Part shown: positions 26,374 through 39,917 of the stretch, one piece after another | Layout of the letters: every line of letters begins with the position of its first letter | How positions within the stretch are numbered: the stretch's first letter is position 1 | From: Ramazzottius varieornatus | Taxonomy: Eukaryota > Animalia > Tardigrada | DNA: 64,000 nt | Assembly: GCA_001949185.1 (NCBI GenBank) | Contig: BDGG01000004.1 | Span: 3,107,267 to 3,171,266 of the forward strand | Direction of reading: 5' to 3' | The notes under the pieces: model-generated | The model's input: the letters and a program-made list of their open reading frames with translations, nothing else | The model's database searches: none | Told to the model about the DNA's origin: nothing | Program-made: the position numbers and the translations under genes

Positions 26374-28422
26374 ATGGCGTTGGCGGCGAGATTGTCATTG
26401 TTCTCCGGAACAGCAACATCCACAACGCGACAAACAGACTGGATTCGCCTGTTTGCATCCGTGCCGTCTAACCTGCGGGATGGTGAGATAAGTTTGTTGT
26501 TCGGCTTGTTGAAATTCGCGTTCAACGACGAGTATGCGAAACAATACACTTATTACGTATACGGTTGGGAAGTATGGACGAGTGGTTCTCCCACGGTCGT
26601 ACCTTGCGTCCTGCTCGAAAATCCTGTTGTGACTGTGGTCTCTGTTTGTTACAGAAGCCATTACAGAAGCCACAGAGTTTCGTACTTTGTCTTTGAATCC
26701 TGCCAGAAAAGAAAGGCGAAAATTTGAGGAGCGAAGTAATCGGACTCCAGACGTAAGTGAATACCAAACACCGTTATTAGGATTTCTTAATTCGCATGCG
26801 AAAAGTTTCACTTGCTTCACAGTTGCTACCACCTCGATCTCAAAAAATGCACGTGGACCAGGACTGGACGAACGTATGGCCGACTGCTACCAGTTTCAAA
26901 CCTTCGGTTGTTCCGCTACCTGTGAGGATGGGATTCGCCTATAAGGGAGCGAACCCCGACAAATATGGGAATGCTGAACTGATGAAGATACCGAACTTCC
27001 TACACCTTACGCCAGCAGCTATAAAGAAACATTGCGCTGCGCTCAAAAGTCTGTAGTCCAAAAACAACCCTCACCGAAGAAGTTAGACTCGTTAAAAACT
27101 AGCCTCTCTGGTCTGTAGAATTTTGTACCCCGTGGCCGGAAGAGATAGCCGATGACGCCGCCTGTGATAGATACTTCCCGGCACAAGTTATCACCAGCAC
27201 TTACTGTCACTCCGGAACATCTATCCGCAACTCCAAGTATCGGATCGTTTCTTACAAGGTACGAACGTGGCTTCGGAATCGTGATTTTCAGGACATCTCG
27301 GGAGATGGTTAACGACTAATGCCACGATGTTTTTGCTGATAGGTCCCCCTGTCAAGATTGAATTTAGATTCACATGCTAGGGACAAGTTTCTTCGGCTGC
27401 TCGGGGATCGCTATGACCGGCATACGGACCAGATAACCATTATCACCGACAGGTAGCTCTTTCGTTTCTAGCCAGTTTGTTAATTAGCGATTATTCTCTA
27501 CTCAAATGGTTTCATATCGCCTGCAGATGTCCGACAAGGAAACAAAATTACGAATACGCCAAATATCTACTGACGGCTTTATTTCACGAATCCAAGGTCA
27601 GTTAAGACCATTTCTAATTTTTTATTGAACGGAACGCCTTAATTTATGGCCGACAGTACAGAGAGGATGTGTGATGAGGCTCTTTGGTTCTGGTGGCCGG
27701 AATCTTTTCCTGTCGGCCAGGAATGTTTGGAAAGTGTGGAGAGTTTTACATATTACAGTCCTACCTGTAAGATGTGACAGTTCAAACGCCCGATTTTTAG
27801 TTGCGGACGGTACGTGTGTACACCGGGCTGCTCGCTAAGCTGTTCACATGAGACCGATCGGCTGATCAGACGCGAACTTGATTACTTGATCAAGTTGAGC
27901 CATAACCGGACATCGATCAGCTGATCGTGCTGCGCAGTGCATGGCCGGCAGTCTCGTGCAGAAACGCTGGTCGGTTGCAGAAGAAGCAATTGTCACTTCT
28001 CACAGGTAGGACTGTAATGGATTGTTATTTCTCGCAGAAAACCGAGCCTTGGGAGCACGAAAAGGCGGTTGCAGATTTCGAGCGTTTCAAGTGGGAAGGA
28101 AGTCCCTCCGAGGCAGCAGCAACGAATACCGTGAAGGAGATCCTCACGTCATCGGTAACATAACTCTCCTTTGATTTGCTTTCACTGTTTCAATATGAGG
28201 TGCACTCAGTTTGTGGAACCGATAATTTCCTTCGTTCGTCAGACTGCTTCGAACGAACCCACCTCGGAGGATATCAGTCCGGAAGAAGTCAAACAGTTCG
28301 AAGAAGTGCAAGAATACCAGCGAGCCGTGTCTGATATGTTGAATGCCGGGGAACATCAAGACTCTGTGGAACGGTATAAGGATGCGGTCAAGACTATGCT
28401 AAGGCTAGGAAGATTCTCATGA
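26374..28422 (+). CDS. MRPS35: Mitochondrial small ribosomal subunit protein mS35, multi-exon
   Basis: Mitochondrial presequence [11 protein letters not shown]; [35 protein letters not shown]; [26 protein letters not shown]; [22 protein letters not shown]; KTEPWEHEK. Confidence 0.95.
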
Positions 28423-28889
28423 TGGTGGTACAGGTTTTTCACCCTGCCGAATATTCCGAAAAGTTTTGTTTGACAAGTGGCTAAGATGATTTTGATGTGT
28501 ACAGACAACACGCTCACTCGATGAACAACAGCTCTCTGTGCTTTGCTCTGTTTGAGTGATTCTATAGCATACTTGGGTACTGAGAGGCTCATCTCAAATC
28601 ATGAATTGAGCAGGTCCTGGAACCAGGACACAGTAGAGATAGTCGTACAATTCCGATATCACACAGCTTAGTTATTTAGATCTTGGGAACGGAACCGAAA
28701 GGACGGAAGCGGGAGCCTTTTGATGATTTCTCTTTCTGGGCTAAGGCTGTGCTACACGCAGCTACAGTGTGCGTTGCGGATCTGAAAGAGCAAACCGGAT
28801 TATTTTCTTGCCACAAGGCGTACAAACGTGGACAGCGAGTGCGCGATAAATATAGGAACCCCGCCCGTATATCCACATCTTGGTGCGCA

Positions 28890-31800
28890 ATGCACAGCAC
28901 ATCCATCGACATGAGTCATGATTCAAAGGCCAGCCTCAAAACACCGCCCAGACCGAGCTCACTTCCACGAGCTGGCGCATCACAACCAGTCTACGTAAAT
29001 TCGAGCTTCGGTAGGTGGATGAGTAACACCCGTCAGCCGGGGCAAGATTTTCTGATGAGCAGTCGTACCGCGTTACCTCACAAAGGCTGCAAGCGCAATG
29101 TTGTGTGTGGTGTAAAAGTTACCGACGTTTTGCAGTTTAAAGTTTTCTCTCGCGCTTCATGCCTTCACAGAGCGAGATGTAGTGATTGAGCAAGGGCTGC
29201 AAGGCTATCCTACTTTCTACGGAGCTTACTACGAGAGAATCAAAAGTCTGTTAACTTAGTGAGAGACAGGCCGCGTCGCATAAATCTTGCATGGCAGTGC
29301 GTCACTGGGGTTGAAGTACACAAGCATCTTGTCGTCTCTGCAGTCTTTTCTCAAATTCTCCTGTATGGCACAACAAATTATTGGATCAATGTTTTCTTGC
29401 TGAATCCGTATATTGCTTGGACCGATCATCGGGGGGAGAGGATATCAACAGGTGGAATATTGTCCAGGATGTCTCCTGCGGACGAGAACAACGCTGACTC
29501 CCAACCTCGCTCTGCAACCGCGGTGGTGAAGCGAGCGGATCAACTCAAACGATGGTATGGGTTTATTTGAACGAAGGGATTAGTTTTTGGCTGATCATCC
29601 AAAACCATTCGGGAAAATTTGTGTATCGCTGTCGTGGACGCTAAGACGAGTTGTATATGAAACTTGGGGGTATTCTGTTAATTGGGTTCTTCTTGATTGA
29701 CAGGCTGGAATCGGAGACGAACAAGGAGCAGCTCAAACCCAAAGACAAGAAACAACGGGTCGTCTTCGATCAACGTGTATGCTTCTTAGCAGCCTGTGCT
29801 GCGGGGGACTTTGACGAGATCAGCAAGTTACTGTCTCGAGGACTCGTGGACATCAACGTGTCACAGGAAGATGGGATGACCGCGCTCCATCAGGTACTGT
29901 GACTTCTCCAGACCTTCCTGAACTTACGCAAGTACCTCTGAAGAGTCACGCTTGAGGATTTTGTAGATTGACATGTGGAAGACGGGATTGATTCTTCATC
30001 AATCTTAGAATACGCTGACTGCTAATATAGCGTCAGTGTTGTAATATCTGCTGGCACAGCCAGGAGTGAGCATGAGCACTGAGCCCAGCCTCTGCTTATT
30101 GCCCGTAATGGAAACATATCTTTGGCATGCTCATCTGGTTCGCGTACAGTGTACAGTATATCGTGAAGTGAAGCTGGAGAATATGCAGTCGGCTGCAAGT
30201 GAATGATGGCGTGAAAGTTATATTTGGGGACATCTGCATTTGGTTTCCGGTTAGCTGTGCGAGACAGAAAATAGGCCACCGTGAGGCTAGACCTCACTGC
30301 GTGCTGCCAAACTAACCGTTTTAGAAGAATTCTCCCTTCGCGGTTCGCACAAGCGAATATTAGAACGAAACAACACTCCCTCCTTAAGTTTGGATTTGCT
30401 ACAAATACTCCTTTTATTGCTCCATAATAACCGCTCGTATAGTGTTTCTTCACAATTTGAATTCTGGCAGAAAGAAGGCGCTCACCCTACAAACATACAT
30501 CCGAAAACAACTCTAGGTTCCCCCACGCTGAAGTTGCTTCGGTAGAAGTTCCACATACTTGCTAAATCCACAAACGTCGTATCAGAAAATTAAAATGCAG
30601 CTATCAGCTTTAATAATACTGTACTACGTTCTGACTTCATGGTTCGTTTCAGGCGTGCATTGACGATAGGCTGGACATGGTTAAGTTCCTCGTGGAAAGG
30701 CATGCTGATATCAATCGAGGAGACAACGAAGGCTGGACTCCGTTACATGCCACGGCATCCTGCGGGTACTTGGATATTGCGAGGTTAGTACAGGGCCTGC
30801 GGACGATTGTAGGAGCTCTTGAGAAGGATTATAATTTTGTCGGTCGCACTGACGTTTCCTGTTTTGACAGATTCCTAATAGATCACGGAGCCCGTGTGGA
30901 TATTGTCAATAATGATGGTGAACTGCCTATCGATATTGCTGACACCGACGAAATGGAAAATCTGCTACAGACGGAAATTTATAAACAAGGTATTTAGCTT
31001 CTGACCACACTTCTACAGTTCTCATCTGAAGCTTTTTCTAACAGAATTTTCTTCCAGGTATTGATATAAGTTTAGCGAGAAGCGAGGAGGAGCAGATTAT
31101 GATGAAGGATGTCAAGTCTTGGTATGAGGGAAATTCCATGCGCGAACAAGTACATCCGAAAACGGGAGCTACTCCTCTACACGTTGCGTCCGCGAAGGGG
31201 TATCTTGAAGTTATGCGGTATGTTGGGCTGGATATCTTTCTCTGCGACTGCAAGGGTTGTAACGAGATGCTTTGTAGAATGCTGCTGGAGCTTGGAGTTG
31301 ACATTAACGCACGGGATGTTGACGGCTGGACGCCACTCCACGCAGCAGCACACTGGGGCCAAAGAGAGAGTTGCAAGACCTTGGTCGAAAATGGCTGTGA
31401 TATGGATGCCAAAACCTCGATGGTAAAATATTTCGAAACATTCTGAAGATTGAGCTTGTTCACCAGTCATATTGGGTTCACAGGGACAGACAATACTTGA
31501 CGTTTGCGATCCGGAACTGATAAACTTTCTCGAAGACCTCCAAAAGCGGCAACCGACGGTGAGAATGCATCTCGAAATCTTTCGGTTCGAAATTTATGCC
31601 TTTCTGTATAAATATTATATGGAATTCACAGCTGGTGAAAGAGAAGTCTGCTCAAGAATCGCAACAGCGTCGACAACCGATCAAACGAAGGTACTTTGTG
31701 AATCTGTACGGTAAAATATGGCCATTGTTGACAACATGGGGGTTTATTTGTGTAGGATATCAGCAAACAAGAACGTGGCAGCAGACCGGACTGCCGAAGC

Positions 31801-34800
31801 CAAGGCAAGAGAAGCAGCTTTCGAGAGAGCGCAGATGGAGAAACACCCTTCACCTTTAACGGAGCATAACCCATCGATGGAGGCGACACGTCCTGCACAG
31901 GTTCCGACTTCTGCCACCGCGCAGTCGCCTTACGCGGTTACGCGTCCACAACCTCAACCTAGAGCCAATATACAAGAGGTCAGATTCGCATTGAAGTTTC
32001 TCATACGTATTTCGATTTTATGGTGTACTTTTTACTCCAGGAAGTCAAGCCCGTATCTACTGTGCCGACGAAACCCATCAGCTTCCTTCAGCCTTCTCCG
32101 ACAGTAGAACAGCAGCCAAGAGTTCCTTCCCCTACAACGTCAGCTCCACAGTCTAAAGCGCCAGAGAAGCCCATCAGCTTTCTTCCGCCTGGAGACAGTA
32201 AACCCATTTCTTTCCTTCAGCCCCGTGAACCCGCTCCTGTCCCCTCGCCAAGTATCTCGCCAACCAGTACACCAACTGTCCCGGAAAAGCCAAAGGAAGC
32301 CGCTCCTCCGGCACAGAAAGTCTCTCCAATCAGTTTCCTTAATCGAACTGAACCGCCACCGACAACCCAGGTACGAAAAACCGACCTTTTCAGCTGACTG
32401 ATCTGTGGACGAAGCCGTTTTTCCTCAGATCCAGTATAAATACAGTCTTTTGTTCCAGCCTGCATGGATACAGAAGCCAGTCGCTCCAGCTCCCGTTTCC
32501 ACTCCTTTGTCTGTGGCAGCGACGGCTCCTGTACCAAAAGAAAATCCAACTACCCCAAAGGTAAGAGAGCGTATCGTACGGCGCAACTCCTCTTGGTTGG
32601 GAGCCAGGGAGACCCGAAAACGACTTTGTGCAGGTTTCCCCAACACCTTCCGCATCTGTCAAGGCAACTTTGCCAAATCTTCCATCCTTCGACTACATCG
32701 ACGTGAGTCCAGTTCTGAGCCAGCGCCAGCTGCCGATCCACTGCAGAATTTTTATCAGTGATCACATGAGCTGACAACAACCTGGTATCGCTTTTCGCAG
32801 GAGACCACACCACAACAGTCTCCGTCAGCAGATTCTACGCGAACTGTGGAAGCAAGGTATGATCGTTTTCGTTGTCGTATGTTGTCCGCTTATTTGGTTT
32901 GCGGGTGTGGTTTCGCAATCATATTCGTCAGTGCCAGTCCAGTATATGTTGTAAATGTCCGTCGTACGTGTTGTTAACAGAGTACCGCGACGCATGGTCC
33001 CTGACTGGCCTCCACAACTGTCCATTAATGTGGAATGTGCTAAGCTACTAACACACACGCAGCCAATTCCTTATCGCAAATTGTCAGCAGAAACTGCAGC
33101 GTCGTCGACTGCGCCGATGTAAACGAGATATGTTTGTTTAGCGATATAAAAAGCAGACCATCTTCTATCTGTCTGCCTGCCTTACAGATCGAAAAGACCC
33201 AGTATCCCTTCCGCTAACACCTTTTTCGGCGCGGCTGCTCCGGAAAGCCCTTCTGCAGGTGGAGACTCTAAGGAAGCTAATGTTACCGTTAGAAGGTAAC
33301 TACTGAACATTTTCTGATAATACGATGGCCATTTATCTGCTTTTGGTAGCGTAACATCCCTCCTATCCTTTTCTTCCAGATCATTCCAACCTCCTAACCG
33401 CGACGAAGAATCCGAAGCCCAGCGTAAAGCGCATGCTAAACGTGTCAGAGAAACCCGACGCTCAACCCAGGTACTGTAAAATATGTGACCCATCGGAGCA
33501 ATCGATAATATACTCTGTATGCTTCGGCCGTTGGCATTTTCATCAGAAGTGAATGCCGACGGGCGGAAGAGCCTATAATGAGCTACGGATGGCATCGGGT
33601 TACTGTGCAGTTCTTGGGTTAATTACTGTTTGATCGCAGGGTGTTTCGGCTGAGGATCTCAAGGCTGCTGATGCGCAGACCAAGCAGTTCTCAATATCCA
33701 GCTCAACATCTGCGCAACCATCTTCGCCTCCCTCTCACGATGAATCAGAAAAAGAGAACGAGGCAAAGAAAGGTCCAGCACGCATAAGCCAGTCCGCGTC
33801 GACCTCCGCCGAAAGTTTACCCACAAGGGCATCGACCAACCCGGTGCTCAATGTAGAGTCCGTAAACCTCACATTACCTGCAAGGAAGACCAAAACGGAA
33901 GAAGGTAATGCATTCCCCTTCACATGGGTTTCTGTCCCTTTTCCTAAAGGCTATTCTTTGATTTTGCAGAAGCTGATGAGCGGAAAGAGAAAGGCGATCG
34001 CCGTCGTGTACGTAAACGACGCTCGACAGGCGTGGTCAACATGGACATGGATGTAAGTTCATCATCGGTTTTTTCATGACTTCCATCCAAAATCGTCGAC
34101 ATCCTCTTTCTGGAACCCGAAAAGGGCTTTGATGTTTGATTTTCTTGCAATTTAGGAGGAAGAAGGATCGGCTTCCGGTACGGACTTTATTGGACCACAA
34201 GCGGAGCCTTCGCAGCCTACTTCCGGACTTTCGAACGGACAAAAGACCAACGGCTTATCGGTAAGTGAGAAATGTTCCTCGGCATAGGGTTACTGCTGCG
34301 AAGCGTAAGCCACGTTTAAGCGAGTGTTTTGACAACTGAGCTTGTTCAGGAGGTTCTTTGCATATCGTTTAACCTTCGTAATGCTTGACTGCGTCGCTCG
34401 GGCTCGATAGTCCGTGGCACCGTGCTGTCTTCTTCTTGTGTTGTTTTTATTTGATGAGAACAAGCGGCTGGTTGTTTCCTTCAAAAGCAATGCAGCAGGT
34501 TTGCAAAAAGGCGTGCTGTCTAGTGTGAAAGATCGTGTTACAGCCTTGATGCACTACTTCGGGCAGTGCAATGTTTTTGTTTTTCCACAACTTCCGATAC
34601 AGTCCAGTGGTACGATAGCCGCGATGAAAGTTCTTCGATGGTATGACGCTGACATGTCAGAAGAAATCAGTGTGGAAGTTTGTCATGGCATGTTAGCAAC
34701 TTCTTGGCCTTCCTCCGTGGGCTATAGTGGATCGCAGAGTATTTATAGAGCAGGCGCATATTCGGTCTACTGATGGGAGGCTTCCGAAGGCAGGAGGAGG

Positions 34801-36638
34801 AACTTCATTTTAGCCTTCTGTCAAACGCTTTATAACAAGCTCGGGATCCGTGCTTCTGCCGCTGTTTGGCGTGCATTCTGCAGCACTGTGTAGTTATCCG
34901 GTCAATTATCCCGTCCGAAGAACTTGTTCAGATGGATATTGTGATCTTGGTGCTTTGTGACTTGCATTTCATACTCATATCACAGTGGTACCCGAAAATT
35001 CTAACAGTTTCTGCTTCCTGCTGGACTGTACTTCAGGCATAGTATCGGTTGACTTATCTTAGTTGAACGCAGGCGGTCGTGACGATCGACTGAGTCTCTC
35101 GACACTGGGTACATAATTCGGAGTTGCCGCTTTTCCAGCGGATACATAAAGGGAATACCTAAGCTATTCGTGACAAGAGGGATAACGTCATGTCGTACAA
35201 CAGTGGTCGCCGCGGTAGCGGTGGTAGCGGATATGCAAGCAGTAAGGGAATCATTTTCTTTGTGGATACTGAAAACTTGGAGAGTCTGCAGAGGCTTGAG
35301 TGTAGTTTCGGTTGTAGGTTCCGGCTCTCTGAAGCCATACCAGTCGCAGCCGACGTCCAGTTACATGGTTCCCGCATCAGCACTGTCCAGTCTAATGTAC
35401 CGTGGTTCTTCCGGTCCAACGCTGACACCCACACAAGCTGCCTATCTGAATCCTTCAAACAGTTCCTCCAGTGCATCAGGCCTTTCCAGTTCCTCCAAGT
35501 CCCCTCTAGGCTCGCAGTCTAGGAACACTTCCGCCAACAGATCACGCTCGATACACGGCGTAAGAACCTTCATCAGCAAGATACTTTCTCGAATAGCTTC
35601 AGAAATTTGGACCACTCCAAAGCTGTGATCCGCTAACACGATACTCGAGTAGCTTTGATGGAAATTCCGTGCTACTTCGTGACAGATTATGTCGGATCAT
35701 GTTTGTCAGCAGCAGTGGCTCTTGTACCACGGTAGTCCTTTTTGATGACGTCAAGGCCGCCGATTGAGCCATCTTTCCCGCTGTTACGTCGTCTATTTTC
35801 AGAAAGTCCTCGGAGTGTTTCGTGCTCGATACGTTCAAGTGACAAATAGTAACGCAAAATCAGGCTTTCCAATCTCGTTGCTGATTGCTTGTTTTCTCTT
35901 CTTTTCTGTAGACGAATCCAACTTCCACGTCTTATGGAAGGTCGCGGTACGACATCGAAGCGGATCGACCAACTACCACAGCATCCTCTACGACTACGTA
36001 CTCATCAACGCCAAGCTATCGGACATCTCGAGCGAGCTCCGTCAGTTCGGCATCCAGCGCATTCAGCGAGAAAGCAGATTCCGAAAATACTGAGCATGAC
36101 TGGAAAAAAGTAAAAAGTAATAAAAAGTAAAAAAGTTCCGAAAGTGAAGTTTGTTTTGGCGTAGATGTACGAGAAAGAGAAGGCTGAGAATGACAAGCTG
36201 AGAAAGAAGCTACAAGCCGTAGAGAACGACCTAGAAGAGATGAAAACTACGGTACGGTTCGTCTCTGTCCTTTCCAACACAATAACCATACGAGCAGCAA
36301 AAGTCAGTTCTGCTATTTCTTGTAGAGCTCCGGTCGTTCCACTGCCTCTTCGAGTTCCGAAGCGGAAAAAAGGGTAAGATAATTGAAGTTAACAGTACAT
36401 CCGTCATCGGTCTATGCCGTCATGTCGTGCTGCTGATTGCAGGAAAGGCGGGCGATGGAACGGAAAATGGCAGAGATGGAAGAGGAGCTCAAGGTATTGT
36501 CACTACTACCACTACTATCAGGAAAGACTTTAACCGTGGTTCTTTTTCCAGGAGCTGGAGCAGCTTCGGGCTGATAACCAGAGGTTGAAGGAAGAAAATG
36601 GAGCTCTGATAAGGGTGATCAGCAAGTTGTCCAAGTGA
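28890..36638 (+). CDS. PPP1R12A: Myosin phosphatase targeting subunit (MYPT1/Mbs), multi-exon; start at 28890 or 29468 uncertain
   Basis: MyPhoNE motif KRADQLKRW; RVxF motif QRVVF; ankyrin repeats ([52 protein letters not shown]); phospho-inhibitory sites RRSTQGV and KRRSTGV; C-terminal leucine zipper [24 protein letters not shown]. Confidence 0.95.
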
Positions 36639-37368
36639 AAGAGGACCGCTTTTTGGGCAGTTTCACTGCTGACGCCAAACGAGTAGTGGGTGGCTCTGTG
36701 CTTCTTACTCCGCTCATGGAAACCTGCGAATGCGCAAGTTTTCTATCAAGTTCGGTGACAAAAGATTTAAGTGCATCTAGTATCTTGGACCTTGGCAGTC
36801 AAGTGTGCCTTTGACACACAGATCGTGCCTGTTTTTAATGTGCCTCGACAACGTGTTTCTTGGAACAGGCCGGGTTCTCCGACTTTTTCATGGGTACGAT
36901 GCGGGACCCGCCTTGTTTTATGATTTAGCCTGTTTTGGGTTTTGATGGTAGTGATATATTGCTCTTTGAAGGTTTTACATTCAAATACCTGTTCATAATC
37001 TATTTGTGTTTTTAATAAATGTTACTGCATGTGAAAGCCAATCAGCAGGAGCAACAAAAACTTGAAGCTCCTCGATACAGCGAAGACGATTGTACGAAAG
37101 ATGTAAAACTTCATTAGGCAAAATTACGTCTCTTCTCGGCAGAAGCTTCGGTTTTTTAACTTGGTTTGCTACCGAACCAGAAAGATTCCAACATAGGTCG
37201 AATCATAAAATTTCTGTGAGTAACATGCTTAGATTAACAGTTTAAAACCATGACCAATGTACAATGTCTTTCATTTCGTATCACAGAAGAAGTAAACGAT
37301 GCGTAACGGGAGTAAAACGGCAGAGAAGTGAACCTGGCAAACGGATGCGTTACTCGGATGCGATCACG

Positions 37369-37920
37369 TCATTCATCCGCAGCTTCCTCATGGCTATCAT
37401 CATTGCGCGAAGCGTCCGTCACGTTCTCTGCATTGTTATCGCCGAGCTGTGAGATGTCTTGCTGAAGAACTGCCAGTGACAAGCGAAACGCTTGGCGATT
37501 GTCCAGAGTTTCCTCCAGGCTGGATATTCGACCCTGCAGGTCCGCACGTTCGTTCTCCAGACGACGGCGCTTGGCTTCCAGCCGAGCCTTCAACTCCTCC
37601 AGCTCTTTCAGTCGTTCATGCAGTTCAGCCAGCTTCTCCTCCAACACACGTTTCCGTTCTTTCAACTCATCGTTCAGTCGCTGAAGCTCTTCTCGGGCGT
37701 AAGCGTCCAGTATATGCTCTACGAAAAAACAGGACTGTCAAAAGTCAGTGACAGGAGAAAACGAGGATAGCAAGCTCGATCCATGAACTGTGCCACTGTG
37801 AATTAAATACGTAGGCTTACCAACGAGGTCGGGATCATCTCTCGGCAGAACGCGGAGAAGAGGCTGACTGGTCTCAGGGATCTTTGACATTAGCTGGGAA
37901 TACACGTGAAGTTCTGGCAT
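37369..37920 (-). CDS. Small coiled-coil protein of unknown function (~150 aa, 2 exons)
   Basis: Exon 1 MPELHVYSQL...DDPDLV ends at a phase-1 GTAAGC donor and joins the acceptor at ~37718, giving EHILDAYAREELQRLNDELKERKRVLEEKLAELHERLKELEELKARLEAKRRRLENERADLQGRISSLEE... with strong heptad periodicity. Confidence 0.6.
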
Positions 37921-39308
37921 TCTGGAGTGTATCCGAAGATAGTACGTAGATATTACAGATGCGCGGACTACTGGTGGGTTACGTCAGGCAGCGGGCACCA
38001 TCAACACTCTCATGGATCCTTAGAGCTCTTCGTGCTCCGGATTCAAAACGTTGTGGGCCCGAAGTGTCGAAGTGAAGATCAGCATCAACATCAACATCAC
38101 TCTGGCATCAAAATCTCCGAAGAAATGGACAACAAACAAGATCCTCAGCTGCTGTGGTATTAGCAGGCGGGCTTTGCCGTCCAGCAACCAATGCCGAAAT
38201 AAATCCGATTTATCGCAATCCGCCATCTGTATTCCATTTTGAGGAACCCGGAAGTTGCTCGGAAAACCATATTTTTATTGGGTTCTCGGTAGTCTGGAAT
38301 TCCGTAAAAGTATCCATCACGCCAAAGAAAAACGCTTCACTATAAACCTCCAGAAAAATATGCTTTACATGGAGCAGTACAATAGGAACATCTTCAGGGT
38401 AGGCGTTGTTGCAGAAGGGTTAAGGAATCTGAAAGGGTACAGAACAGAGTGCAAGAGAAGCTTTAGCCAAACACTGATAGTGGTGCGCGAAGTTCCGGGT
38501 CGTTCGAACTGACTTCGGAGCTCGGGCGAGCGAGAATAAATTAAAAAATGGACTAATGCTAAAGATGGCCAAGCGAAGGGGTTTTACAGTCCTTCAAATT
38601 CTCGCATGCTGTGATTGCTGTCCTCAGCGTTGGAATCAAACCTCAAAGTGAAACAAGACAACAGAAAGTATTAGCTTGTCCGAACCAGTCTTTCCATCCA
38701 ACCGGATGTTCTGCAGAAGGGTCCGTTTCGAACACTTTCCCAAAGTAGAAATACGTAAAACTTTTCCAGAAGAATTCGCAACATATCCGGATTCCGGATG
38801 GAGGTCTGACACTTATAGAACCTCAGCCGCACGCAGAAGCAGAAGTGTATGTCATACGCACTGTAAACGGAGCATAGCATCTTCGAGAAACCACAGTCCT
38901 TGATCATGATCAGCATTCACACGAAGGGTGTCATGTTGTTTCTTGGCCAGAAAGCGCAAGCTTTCTTCCGGATCAGTCTGTGGGGACCCGACCGATCTTT
39001 ACTTGCAAACTAATTACCCTTGTCCTAATCAATCTTACGGTCGAGGCCCGCGAACCAATCGGAGTCATCAGGCAAAGAAAATTTTGATACTGTACTTGAA
39101 CATTGTCTCGCCAGCTTCTTTCGATCCATACTATGGCACGGGTAAAGCTGAAAACACATCAACTGACCGGTTACCAACCTCTACGTCGGATACCGTATCA
39201 AATCGGACTTCAAGGGAGGAACCGGCAAATAACGGCATTGATCACAAGAGGCATTTTACAGACGAGGAAGTCCGATCCAGCGATTATTAGGGCGGAAGAC
39301 CGAGCAAT

Positions 39309-39917
39309 CTACTGTTGTGTCGATTTCACAGAGGTTTCCTTTGAGCTTTCTCCATTCGAAACTATTTCGAAATGATTCTGTTTAAACTGGCGCTTCAGTT
39401 CCAGCTTTGCTTTGGACTTTGCGTGTTTAGCAGCTTCCCGTGCTAGATGTTCTCTTGTTCTCCTTCTAATGTAGCTCTCTTCACCATTAAAGTGCAAATC
39501 TAGCCTTTCCTGCATGATTTCTCGAGCTCGTAGACGGTTCTGCTCCTGGGTTCTTTGTTCCTGACATTTCACCACAATCTTGGTAGGTAGGTGGATCAGC
39601 TGAACGCACGTCTCAAGCTTGTTGACGTTCTGCCCACCCGGACCGCCGCTCTACAAAACAGCAGCAATAAAATTTATTATCAATTGACGATCAGGGATCA
39701 TGGATCATGATCCATCGTACGCTGTGACCAAGCCACCGAGTAAACGTACCCGTACAAAACTTTCTTTCAGCTCCGATTCATCCAGGGGAGGGTACACGTG
39801 CTTGAAACGACATCGTGGACGAGGCGAGAATGATGGACAAGTCGATGTTAGCCAGTCAAACAGCACGGAACGCGAACATGGATCCCGCGATGAGCTGAGC
39901 AAGGTTCGTCGAATCAT
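39309..39917 (-). CDS. MTRFR: Mitochondrial translation release factor in rescue (C12orf65), 2 exons
   Basis: Arg/Ser-rich presequence; LDESELKESFVR|SGGPGGQNVNKLETCVQLIHLPTKIVVKCQEQRTQEQNRLRAREIMQERLDLHFNGEES (GGQ motif); basic C-terminal helix. Confidence 0.9.

Noticed and set aside
27597-28037. C/D snoRNA in the long MRPS35 intron (GTGATGA, CTGA, short stems)
   Set aside because: Boxes and terminal stems do not line up and no rRNA-complementary guide was recognised.
38565-39290. Plus-strand ORFs between the coiled-coil gene and MTRFR
   Set aside because: No convincing exon chain or homology.
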